Below are positions 9,222 through 18,081 of a stretch of 35,214 nt of DNA, one piece after another. How positions within the stretch are numbered: the first letter of the stretch is position 1; each line of letters opens with the position of its first letter. The position numbers were made by a program, and so were the translations under genes. This DNA is from an uncultured Opitutaceae bacterium. Lineage in GTDB: Bacteria > Verrucomicrobiota > Verrucomicrobiia > Opitutales > Opitutaceae. The DNA is taken from NCBI GenBank assembly GCA_903885525.1, contig CAISJA010000295.1:1-35214 (forward strand), in the 5' to 3' direction. Below the pieces are notes generated by a model. That model searched no databases. It had not been told where the DNA came from and saw nothing but the letters and a program-made list of their open reading frames with translations.

Positions 9222-12200
9222 TTATTTTTTCCCGGCGGGAGCGGCCGGGCCTTGCTCCAGCAAGATGAGCCGGCTGGCTTTGCTTTCCAGCGCGGTTTCC
9301 AGCGCCTGCAGGGCGGGATAGTCCTGCGGAGCGACGAGGGCCGGGTGGCGCTCGTAGTCTAGGTGCAGCTCCCAGCGGTCCGCCGTGGCCGTGACCTGGG
9401 AATGGATGCTGCCGGCCCCGGCGGGGGCGGCCTGGTCCTGGCCGCGCGGAGCGATCAAGACCTGGCGGAATCCGGGCGGCAGCCGGAGGACGATGTCGAT
9501 GGCACCATGCGTGGCGGCGTCCACATACAGCGGCAGCGTCCGCTGCCCGGTGATGGTCGGGTACAGGCGCGGCAGCCGGGGCAGCTCAAAATACAGGTGC
9601 CGGCCGTCCACCGTGCCGTAGTCCGGGATGACCACGCCGTACTGCACGCTGCCGGGATAGGAATCGAACGCCGTGACGAGGTCCGAGGTCGGCTGCGCCC
9701 CCTGGGCAACCTGGCTGACCAGCTCCTGATGGTAGCGGCGGCGCTCTTCGGGCGGCAGTTCGGCGAAGAACTTCTTTTTCTCCGCGTAGGTTTGGCCGGA
9801 ATACTCGGTGCGGATCTGCAGCCGGGCGGTGCCGGCGTCGTCGAGCTCGATCTGGTAGGCGGTGCTCTGCCCGTTTTCGTCCCCCTGCGTGGCACGGATC
9901 TGGGCGGTGCTCTGGTCAGCCAGCCGGATGGCCAGGGCGCCATCGTGGGCGGTGCTGCCGGGATGGGCGTACTGATCCGTGTCGTTCAGATAATAATCCC
10001 GGCCCGCGATGGTCACCTCGACGAGCACGTTTTGATAGTCGGACGGGAAGGGGAAGCGGCTCAGGACTTCCTCAAAGGCCGGGATGGCGGGATGGTCCGC
10101 CACAAGGATGAATTCCGGTTGGAGGCCGGCGGCCTGCAACAGGGCGTGCAGCAGGATCGCGCGGTCGGCGGCATGGCCGTAGCCGTCGGCGAGCGTGGTG
10201 TCGGCGGCGGAGAGTTCGCGCAGGGGCAGCTCGGTGAAGGCCGGACCCGCCAGGCGGATGGACCGGGCGACTTCGTCGCGGATGGCGAGCATCGCCTCCA
10301 GCGGGCTGCGGCTGGAAGCGGTCAGGGTCTTGGCCAGGGCGCGGGCGCGGGCGGACTGGGCCGACCGGTCGAGCAGGGTCTGCTGCAAGGTGGCGTAGTA
10401 CTGGTGCGGGTCGCCGACAAAGTAGAGGCTGCCGGCGGTGTAGGCCCAGCCCGGCGGCAGCGCATAATCATCGGGCAGGGCCGGCACATCGTTTGCCTGC
10501 CAGAGCCAGACCGGATCGCCGTTCACCGTCTTGGTTTCCGCTGCGACGAGACCGGCAGGTCCGCGGGTGAGGGTCTGGACGGGCAGTCCGGCGGGGGCGC
10601 TCAGCTCGTAGGTTTTCCGGCCCAGCTCGTCGCCGCCCTGGAAAGGCACAAACGTGCCGAGGAAGGCGCGGTCGTGCTCGGTCAATTCGACGTCGAGCTC
10701 GATGGTCGAGCCGAGGTCCACGCCGGGCAGGTTGCCGACGAGCACCTTGCCGCCGGTGTAGCGTTTGGCGGAGCCGTTCCAGCCGGCGTCCATCAGGTTG
10801 ATCTCGCCGGGGGAGATTTCCTGCCGCTGGCCGGAGGGGGCAACGACCGCGGCGCGGACGATCCGGGCCTCATCCACCGCCGGGTTGTACTCCAGCTTCA
10901 CCTCAGACTCCTTCTTTTTCCCGTTGTACGTCAGGACCTGCTTGACGAGGTGGACGCGGTAGACCGCGCTGTGGGCGTCCTTGATCCGCACCTCGTGGCG
11001 CTCTTCAATGATTCTGGTGTCGGGCTGGACCGGGGGGGGCGGCGGGGCCGCCTGGGCGGTGGTGAAGCCCGCCGGGGGCGCGGGGGCGGCCAGCACCGGC
11101 GCCTTGCGGTCGTCGCTCTGCAGCTCTTTCAGGACCCGCTTCAGGCGCAGGTACTCGGCGGGGCTGAACTCCACGGTCTTGAGCTTTTCCGTGCGTTGCG
11201 CGGCCAGCTCGTGGTTTTGGAACGTGAAGGAACGCTCATAGCTCAGGCCCTCGTCCTCCTGCCGGGTGCCGGCGGGCAGGGAAACCGCCCCGGTGAAACC
11301 GTCCGCCACCCGCAGCGTGATGGTCTCCTGCAGGCCGCAGGCCGTGAACGTCTGCATCGGATATTTGCGCTGCTCCAGGCCCGTGCCCCCGAGGATGAAG
11401 TTCACCAGACCCATGCCCTTGCCCAACCAGGGCAGGGTCACGACGGCCTGGCCGCTGCCGAAGGCGGTGGTGCTGGGCACGGAGAAATCGAGGGAGACGT
11501 GCAGCCCCGTGGCGGCGTCCTGCAGGTTCTCCGGGGTGATCCGCAGGTTTGTGACGGCCAGACCCGGCAGAATGTCGCGCAGGTTGGCCTCGAAGAAACG
11601 CTGCCGGTCGTCGGGCTTCATGGCGTTGAAGGCCTGCCGGTAGATGCCGTCGTTCACGCCCTCGAAGGCCAGGTCCGCATGCCCGTCCAGGGCGCCGTCG
11701 GCCCGGAGGCTGCCGGTGGTGCGGATCTTCATCAGGTTCTGCTCGGGCGGGATGACGGGGGTGCGCCGCAGCACGTCGCCTTCCGGCCGGCAGACCAGGT
11801 AGCTCTGATCGCTCAGGTAGCTGGGCAGCAGGTCCCGGGTGTTCTCATCGGTCGGATCCATCAGGAGGTAGTCGCCGGGATGCACTTCCACGGCGGCGAT
11901 GGCGTGGTTGAAGGAAGGGCTGGGGACCTGCGGGTCCTCCTTCCGGCCCACGCTGACGAGCACCGGGTAGGCTTTCTGGCCGGCGGCCCGGAGCAGGGAG
12001 ACGAGCAGCGCGGCCTTGTCGCGGCAGACTCCATATTTTTTTTCGTAGGTGAGCCGGACGTCGTGGGGCTCCAGGCCGGGACGGTCGTGTTCCGGGGTCA
12101 GGCCCATGTAGCGGATGTTCTTGGAAACGTAGTAGAAGATGTCCTGGATTTTCTCCCGGTCGGTGGTGGCGCGGGCGGCCAGCGCCGCAGCCTCGCTGAG

Positions 12201-13073
12201 CATGGCCGGAGTGGTCGCCGCCAGGTGGGGCTGGCTCAATTCCCAGTACCACCGCGACACCAAGGCCCAATCCGGCGAGGTGCTGACCGAGAGATGCTGT
12301 AGGACCTCCTCGTAGGGCGGCATGGCCGGCTCATCATACATCTGGGGGACATTGTTGGCCTCCCAGCGGTACACCGTCTGGCCGCCGGCTTCGGTCGTCG
12401 CGCTGGAGACCGTGCCGGGAATTTCATGGCGCAGGGCGATCTGCCGGAGCGGGCGGCCGGCCGCCAGGTGAAGCTCGATCGAGGCGTGGCGGATGAAGCC
12501 CCGGCCTTCGAGCGCGAAATCCTCGGCGTATTCCCCGGGGATGAAGGGCCGTTCCACCTTGGTGCGCACCACGACATGCACGAGGTCGCCGATTTCCAGC
12601 CGGGGAACGTTCACCTGCAGCAGCTTTTTGTTCGGGTCATAGATGTTCGCCTGCATCTGGCTTTCGTCGATGCTCACCTTGGCGTTGGCGGCGATGTCGA
12701 CCGGCACCACCTGGCCATCCGGGCGGATTACCTCAAGCTGCGACACCGTGGCGAGATCATATGGCTCCTGGTAGGAAGCGGTCTGCACGGTGTTGTTGCG
12801 GCGGCCTTTTTCGGTCAGCACCTTCACAAAGGTCTCGTCCACCATCTCGCCGGTGCCGTCGGCCCGGATGGTGCGCCAGGAGGAGGATTCCACCGTGGCT
12901 TCGTCGCAGTCGGGCAGTCGGGCCTGGGTGAGGGTGGCGGCGGCGGCCAGCACGGCCTTGAGGTCTGCCGGGGCGGGACCGGGCTCCGGCGGGGCGGTTT
13001 CCGCCCGGAGCGAAACCGCGGCGAGCAGCACCAGCCAGGCTGGCAGAGGACGGAGGCGGGAAGGGATGGTCAT
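9222..13073 (-). CDS. Exported protein with two DUF3857 + transglutaminase-like modules (about 1283 aa)
   Basis: Signal peptide MTIPSRLRPLPAWLVLLAAVSLRA. Module 1 has YGVCRDKAALL, FNHAI and LMDPT (Cys-His-Asp). Module 2 has YGHAADRAILL and YLNDT. Confidence 0.85.
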   Translation of the reverse strand: MTIPSRLRPLPAWLVLLAAVSLRAETAPPEPGPAPADLKAVLAAAATLTQARLPDCDEATVESSSWRTIRADGTGEMVDETFVKVLTEKGRRNNTVQTASYQEPYDLATVSQLEVIRPDGQVVPVDIAANAKVSIDESQMQANIYDPNKKLLQVNVPRLEIGDLVHVVVRTKVERPFIPGEYAEDFALEGRGFIRHASIELHLAAGRPLRQIALRHEIPGTVSSATTEAGGQTVYRWEANNVPQMYDEPAMPPYEEVLQHLSVSTSPDWALVSRWYWELSQPHLAATTPAMLSEAAALAARATTDREKIQDIFYYVSKNIRYMGLTPEHDRPGLEPHDVRLTYEKKYGVCRDKAALLVSLLRAAGQKAYPVLVSVGRKEDPQVPSPSFNHAIAAVEVHPGDYLLMDPTDENTRDLLPSYLSDQSYLVCRPEGDVLRRTPVIPPEQNLMKIRTTGSLRADGALDGHADLAFEGVNDGIYRQAFNAMKPDDRQRFFEANLRDILPGLAVTNLRITPENLQDAATGLHVSLDFSVPSTTAFGSGQAVVTLPWLGKGMGLVNFILGGTGLEQRKYPMQTFTACGLQETITLRVADGFTGAVSLPAGTRQEDEGLSYERSFTFQNHELAAQRTEKLKTVEFSPAEYLRLKRVLKELQSDDRKAPVLAAPAPPAGFTTAQAAPPPPPVQPDTRIIEERHEVRIKDAHSAVYRVHLVKQVLTYNGKKKESEVKLEYNPAVDEARIVRAAVVAPSGQRQEISPGEINLMDAGWNGSAKRYTGGKVLVGNLPGVDLGSTIELDVELTEHDRAFLGTFVPFQGGDELGRKTYELSAPAGLPVQTLTRGPAGLVAAETKTVNGDPVWLWQANDVPALPDDYALPPGWAYTAGSLYFVGDPHQYYATLQQTLLDRSAQSARARALAKTLTASSRSPLEAMLAIRDEVARSIRLAGPAFTELPLRELSAADTTLADGYGHAADRAILLHALLQAAGLQPEFILVADHPAIPAFEEVLSRFPFPSDYQNVLVEVTIAGRDYYLNDTDQYAHPGSTAHDGALAIRLADQSTAQIRATQGDENGQSTAYQIELDDAGTARLQIRTEYSGQTYAEKKKFFAELPPEERRRYHQELVSQVAQGAQPTSDLVTAFDSYPGSVQYGVVIPDYGTVDGRHLYFELPRLPRLYPTITGQRTLPLYVDAATHGAIDIVLRLPPGFRQVLIAPRGQDQAAPAGAGSIHSQVTATADRWELHLDYERHPALVAPQDYPALQALETALESKASRLILLEQGPAAPAGKK

Positions 13074-13316
13074 GGGAAGAGGTGGGGTGGCCGAGTGCCG
13101 ACTCGGCCGGTCCGGCCGGGTTCCTTCGCCCGGCAGGGAGAGGGCCGCCACTCTGGCCAACCGGAGACCGGGGCGCAAGGTTACAGCCTCAGTGCGTGCC
13201 GCGGGTCGCACCGGGGCTGGTTCCGGAAGGCGCGCCGGAAGCCGGGCCAGCCGCAGACCGTTGGCTGGCAGAGGAGAGGGGGCAGATGCCGGCCCGGGAG
13301 GGGCAGGCCGCCGGAC

Positions 13317-13547
13317 ATGGCCTGGCCCCTCGATTTAAGCAGTGCGGCAAAAGTGTCGATTCTGGATGAACAGTATGGTCGGGATGCCGCCGCGACCAAG
13401 GCGGAGTTGGTGCAGTCCTACAACACGGAGTTGGGCGAGCTCCAAACGGAGCTGGCGCGCGTCCAGGGTCAGGAGACGGGCGGGACCGCCCCGGCGGCCA
13501 GCCTCAGCCAAGGCGGCGGCGGACAAATTTTGAACCAACAGGCTTGA
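13317..13547 (+). CDS. Small hypothetical coiled-coil protein (76 aa)
   Basis: MAWPLDLSSAAKVSILDEQYGRDAAATKAELVQSYNTELGELQTELARVQGQETGG...GQILNQQA; GC3-rich codons; lies in an otherwise empty gap. Confidence 0.45.
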   Translation: MAWPLDLSSAAKVSILDEQYGRDAAATKAELVQSYNTELGELQTELARVQGQETGGTAPAASLSQGGGGQILNQQA

Positions 13548-13588
13548 ACGGCGGGGTGGAGCGGAAGGCCCAGCCCGTCCGGATTACT

Positions 13589-16500
13589 TCAGCCGAGAAT
13601 TTTTTTCAGGCTCTCCAAGTCGAGGACGCGGGCCAGGCTCTCCTCCTGCACGATCGAGCCGGCCAGGGTGGCCTTCTCCCGCTGGAGGGTGCGGATCTTC
13701 TGCTCGATGGTGTTGGCGGCGAGCAGCCGGTAGGCCGTGACCGGGCGGGTCTGGCCGATGCGGTGCGTGCGGTCGATGGCCTGCGCCTCCACGGCGGGAT
13801 TCCACCACGGATCGTAGAGGATGGCGTAGCTGGCGGCGGTGAGGTTGAGCCCGAAACCGGCGGCCTTGAGCGAGAGCAGGAAGACCGTCTTGGTGCGGTC
13901 GGCCTGGAATTGCTCGACCAAGGCGGCGCGGTTTTCCGTGGCACCGGTCAGCATGAGGTGGCCGATGCCAGCGACGTTGAGCCGCGCCCGGATCAGCTCG
14001 AGCATTTCCACGAACTGGCTGAAGACGAGCACCTGGTGGCCCTCGTCGCGCAGCTCCTCCAGCCGCTCCAGCAGGGCGGACAGCTTGGCGCTGGGCAGGT
14101 CGGCGTGGGCGGGGTCAACCAGCGCGGGGTGGCAGCAGATCTGGCGAAGCCGGAGCAGGCTGGCGAGGATGTTGAAGCGCACGGCATCGAGCGCGCGGTC
14201 GGTGTTCAGCCCGAGCAACTGGGCGCGGGCGCGCTTGAGCTCGGCGTCGTAGAGTTTGCGTTGGGCGGGATCGAGTTCGACGACGAGTTCATCCTCCGTG
14301 CGGGCGGGCAGGTCGGGCGCGACCTGGAGCTTGGTCCGGCGGAGGACAAAGTGGCGGACGCGGCGGTGGAGCCGGCCGGGCGCGGTGGGATCGCCGTCGC
14401 GGTGCTGACGGCTGAATGCGGCCGCAGTGCCGAGGAGGCCGGGTTGCGCAAAGGCGAGCAGGCTCCAGAGGTCGAGCAGCCGGTTCTCGACCGGCGTGCC
14501 GGTGAGGGCGAGGCGGTGGCGGGTGACCAGGGAGCGGGCGACGGCGGCCGTCTGACTGCCCGGGTTCTTGATGAACTGGGCCTCGTCGAGGATGACGGCG
14601 TCCCAGGTCTGCTGCCGGAACCAGTCGGCGTTGAGCCGGAGCTGGGTGTAGTTGGCAATGAGGAGGGCCGGGCCGGGCGGGTGCGGGGCCTTTTCCACCG
14701 CCGTGGTGAAGGCTTGCCGCTCGAGTGACGGCGCGAAACGGGCGCATTCCGCCAGCCAGCCGTGGACGACGCTTTTCGGGCAGACGACGAGCGCCCGGAA
14801 TGGGCGCGGGCCGGCGGGGCTGGGAGCGTGGAGCGCAGGGGCGGAGGCGGAAACGGTCGGGGCGGCCGGGGCCGCGGCGGCGGCGAACTTACGCGGGCGG
14901 CCGGGCTTTTTCCGGGGGGCGGCCTCCGGGGTGTCGGACACCGATACCCCAGGGACGGGGCTCGGCGGCCGGACCATGGCGGCCACGGGCTGCCCGGCGA
15001 GGTGCAGGAGCCAGGCGAGGGTCTGCACGGTCTTGCCGAGGCCCATGTCGTCGGCGAGGATGCCGCCCAGACCGTTGGCGGCGAGGTGGACGAGAAAGTG
15101 GAAGCCTTCGCGCTGGTAGGGGCGCAGCTCGGCGGTGAGGCCGGCGGGCAGGGCGGGCGTCGCCACGCTGGCCAGCTCGGCGGCGCGGGCGCGCAGCGTC
15201 GCGGCCAGCCGGGCGTCGCGGGATTCGAGGGCGTCGGCTTCGCCGGCGAGCTGGAGGGCATGCAACCGGTGCGCCACCGGCTTGCCCGAGGCGGCCAATT
15301 CGTCGGCGTCGAGCCCGAGGCGGGTGAGGGTGTCGCGGGTCTCGGCCGACTCGGCGATTTCCAAGCGGCGCCAGCCGAGGCGCGGCAGCTGCACCCATTT
15401 GCCGCGCGCCTTGAGGAGCAGCGCGATTTCCTCGGCATCAAGCGTGCTGTCCTCGACGCGGAGCGCGATGGTGAGGTCGAACCAGTCGCGGCCCGCCTCG
15501 CCCGGTGCCGCCATGGCCGAGAAGTCGAAGTGGGCGCGCAACGGCGGGCCGGAGAGTTCGGTGAGTTCGCCCTGGGCCTCGATGGCCAGACCGGGCGGGA
15601 GCGAAGCGCGCCAATCGAGAAACAGCTCCGGGAAATCCCGCGGGGTCGCCCGGCCCCAGGTCTGGTTCCAGGCATTCCAGACGAGTTTGAAGTCGGCAAA
15701 ACGGGCCCCGACGACGTTGGCGGCGGCGAGGTCGAATTCAAGGATGGGATCGTCGGGCCCGCGCAACGGCGGGGCGCCCTTCTCCGTCCATTGCCAGCCA
15801 CCCTGGCCGCTCCAGTGCTGGACGCAGGACGGCTCGTCGGCCCGGGCAAGCAGTTGGGCGCAGAAAGTGCGGGAAGCACCCGGATAACCCGGTTCCTCCA
15901 GCCAGCAGCGCAGCAGGGGATGGAGGGCCACGCGGCGCAGGCGCGCTTCGAGGCTCGTGGGCAGCCGGACCCCGATCTGGCGGAATCGGGTCAGTAGCGC
16001 GGAGTCGGCCAGCGCGGCGACGGGCAGTTGCCGCTGTGGCGGCGGTGGTGGGCCGCGATGGACCCGGCCGGCATGCAGGTAATGCGGTTCGGGCTGCTGG
16101 AAGAGCAATATGGCCGGACCCCACGGCCGGCCCTCCGGGGCGACGAGCCGGAGGTCGAGATGCTGCGGATGCGCCGGGTTGGTCACGGCCTCAAGGATCA
16201 GCGGCTCCGGCTCGACGCGCCAGGGCGAGCCGTCGGGCAGGACAATGGCACCGTGGGCCGGTGGGTAGGCGAGCACGCGGGTGACCACCGCTTCCGGAAG
16301 GGGCAGGCGGGGGCTGAGGTAGTGGTGGTGGTTCCGGCACTCGGCGGCGAGGGCGTTGGCGAGGGCGGCGGCCGGGGCCGGCAGGGAGGCGAAATCGGCG
16401 GGGCCGCATTGCGCTAGGTATTCCAGCCACCGGGCCACCGGGAGTCTCCATGGCTTGTTGCCCGCCGGTTGGATTTCAATCCGGAAAACACCCGTGTGAT

Positions 16501-17380
16501 CGAGCTGCAAACGCAGGTCGGCCGGCGGGTCGGCCAGTAAGCGGGCCGGGACCGCCGGTTTCGCCCCGGCCGGTGTGGCGGGGCCCAGCGCGCGGCGCCA
16601 CTCCGCGATTTCCCGGGCGAGCAGCCGGTCGGCCAAGCGGCGGGCGAGATCGGCTGTGTTCGTCAGCGGGCGAAAAACCTCGGGAATGGGCTGGCCGGCG
16701 CGTTCGGCATCATAGGCGAGGTACTGCCAGAGCTCCCATGGATTGGCCGGCGGCCGGTCGCGGTCGAACCAGTCGGCATAGACGAGGCCGTGCTCATCCG
16801 TGTGTTCGGGCGAGGCCGTGAAATCGTGCTGGACCAGCATGTAGGCATAGAGCCTGTCGTAGTGGCTCTTGTAGTCATGATACAGCGCCGAGAGCTGGCC
16901 CAGCCGGTGCAGCTCGTCGGCCGAGAGCGGCCGGCCGAGCTTTTCCGCGAGCACCGGGGTCCATTGCTCGCGGAAGCTCAGTTTGCGCAGGCGCGGCGGC
17001 TCGGCGGCGGTGGCGAGGGGGGCGGTGGCGGCACCCGGGCCGACCGGCCGGGGGGAGCCGCGGGGCGGCAGGCTGGCGGAGTCGCGGTCGAACTGGCGCA
17101 CCCAGGCCAGCCCGATGGCGTAGGCGTGCTTGCAGGAAAATTCCACCGGGCAGGTGCACCCGGAGATCCAGCCGCCCTTGTCCCAGAACAGGCTGGTCTC
17201 GTAGGCGACAGAGCCGTGCACGGAGGCGCTGACCTCTGTGCCCCGGGAGGCCAGGTTGTGCACACGGCCGGACTTGAAATAGGAACGGCCGCGGGTGGCG
17301 GTGGCATTGTCGAATTCATCCAGCCAAGTGCACAACGCCGCGACGGCGGGCGGCGAAGATGGGGAGGAGGAATCGGGCAT
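13589..17380 (-). CDS. SNF2-family helicase/ATPase with N-terminal SWIM zinc finger
   Basis: SWIM motif CTCPVEFSCKH. LRPYQREG, GILADDMGLGKT, VILDEAQ, LTGTPVEN, LVFSQF, SLKAAGFGLNL, DPWWNP and QAIDRTHRIGQ motifs. Start MPDSS at 17380 preferred over 17590. Confidence 0.93.
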   Translation of the reverse strand: MPDSSSPSSPPAVAALCTWLDEFDNATATRGRSYFKSGRVHNLASRGTEVSASVHGSVAYETSLFWDKGGWISGCTCPVEFSCKHAYAIGLAWVRQFDRDSASLPPRGSPRPVGPGAATAPLATAAEPPRLRKLSFREQWTPVLAEKLGRPLSADELHRLGQLSALYHDYKSHYDRLYAYMLVQHDFTASPEHTDEHGLVYADWFDRDRPPANPWELWQYLAYDAERAGQPIPEVFRPLTNTADLARRLADRLLAREIAEWRRALGPATPAGAKPAVPARLLADPPADLRLQLDHTGVFRIEIQPAGNKPWRLPVARWLEYLAQCGPADFASLPAPAAALANALAAECRNHHHYLSPRLPLPEAVVTRVLAYPPAHGAIVLPDGSPWRVEPEPLILEAVTNPAHPQHLDLRLVAPEGRPWGPAILLFQQPEPHYLHAGRVHRGPPPPPQRQLPVAALADSALLTRFRQIGVRLPTSLEARLRRVALHPLLRCWLEEPGYPGASRTFCAQLLARADEPSCVQHWSGQGGWQWTEKGAPPLRGPDDPILEFDLAAANVVGARFADFKLVWNAWNQTWGRATPRDFPELFLDWRASLPPGLAIEAQGELTELSGPPLRAHFDFSAMAAPGEAGRDWFDLTIALRVEDSTLDAEEIALLLKARGKWVQLPRLGWRRLEIAESAETRDTLTRLGLDADELAASGKPVAHRLHALQLAGEADALESRDARLAATLRARAAELASVATPALPAGLTAELRPYQREGFHFLVHLAANGLGGILADDMGLGKTVQTLAWLLHLAGQPVAAMVRPPSPVPGVSVSDTPEAAPRKKPGRPRKFAAAAAPAAPTVSASAPALHAPSPAGPRPFRALVVCPKSVVHGWLAECARFAPSLERQAFTTAVEKAPHPPGPALLIANYTQLRLNADWFRQQTWDAVILDEAQFIKNPGSQTAAVARSLVTRHRLALTGTPVENRLLDLWSLLAFAQPGLLGTAAAFSRQHRDGDPTAPGRLHRRVRHFVLRRTKLQVAPDLPARTEDELVVELDPAQRKLYDAELKRARAQLLGLNTDRALDAVRFNILASLLRLRQICCHPALVDPAHADLPSAKLSALLERLEELRDEGHQVLVFSQFVEMLELIRARLNVAGIGHLMLTGATENRAALVEQFQADRTKTVFLLSLKAAGFGLNLTAASYAILYDPWWNPAVEAQAIDRTHRIGQTRPVTAYRLLAANTIEQKIRTLQREKATLAGSIVQEESLARVLDLESLKKILG

Positions 17381-17788
17381 GGGGGACGGAAAAGGCAGCC
17401 GAAAAGGCGGAAGGATGGTTAAGGGTTCACGGCGGCAGAGCCAGCCAAAGATTGCATAAGCCATCCACTCGGGTGCGCAAGCGTCGGAATCAGCCGGGCG
17501 GCCCCACGCGCCTGGCCGGCGGCTGCGGGGCGGCAACGCCCCTGCACCGCACGTGCTCCGGCCGGCCGGGCCCGGGCCGCTTTTTCCCACTCCGGCGAGG
17601 CGGCGCGCCGGTCATGCTCTCCTGCCCGCCCGGACCGACCCGTGACATCCAGGCCTGGCCTCAGGCAGGGGCCGGGCCCGGCGACGGCGAGAACGGCAGG
17701 CCGTCGGATTTGCCGGGGGAAACGCGGCGCGAATCCAGTTGAGAATCACATTTGTTCCCGTCAGGCTCCCGCCTGTTCTTTGGATTTT

Positions 17789-18081
17789 GGGCCTATAGCT
17801 CAACGGTTAGAGCAGAGGACTCGGTTTCGGGTCGGCGGCAGGGAAACCTGCCGTCAGTCAGGTGTAAATTCGGTGAACGGCCTGCCCGCCAGGGCGACCC
17901 AACGCCGAGCCAAGCCCGTGCGCAAGCGCGGTAAGGTGTAGAGACCATAATCACCCACCTAATCCGGCAACGGGATGGTGAAGGCATGGTCCAGACCACG
18001 CACGGCAACCCGCCGGCGGCGAAAGCCGAAGTGGTAAGCATAATCCTTTGGTTCTGGGTTCAAATCCCAGTGGGCCCACCA
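17789..18081 (+). tRNA. ileX: tRNA-Ile2 (CAU, lysidine-type) interrupted by a group I intron; exon 1 at 17789-17821, exon 2 at 18039-18081
   Basis: Joined exons give a 76-nt cloverleaf GGGCCTATAGCTCAACGGTTAGAGCAGAGGACT/CATAATCCTTTGGTTCTGGGTTCAAATCCCAGTGGGCCCACCA. Acceptor GGGCCTA/TGGGCCC, anticodon stem GAGGA/TCCTT, loop CT-CAT-AA, encoded CCA. G1-C72 (not fMet); C4-G69 and C5-G68 are TilS determinants. Confidence 0.9.
17822..18038 (+). ncRNA. Self-splicing group I intron (IC3/Azoarcus-like), 217 nt, no ORF
   Basis: Exon ends in U and intron ends in omega-G. P1 GACUCG/CGGGUC with a U-G wobble at the splice site; P2 with a GAAA loop; P element AAAUUCGGUGAA; Q element AACGCCGAGCC; R element GGUGUAGAGACCA; S element AAGGCAUGGUCC; P7 GACCA/UGGUC; P9 hairpin CGGC-GAAA-GCCG. 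Confidence 0.93.

Noticed and set aside
17946-17952. CATAATC inside the intron, identical to the start of exon 2
   Set aside because: It is part of the P7/P3 core and is preceded by C rather than omega-G, so it is not a plausible alternative splice site or target duplication.
17789-18081. Assignment as tRNA-fMet, the known host of 33/34 introns
   Set aside because: It has a G1-C72 pair and lacks the three consecutive G-C anticodon-stem pairs of initiator tRNA.
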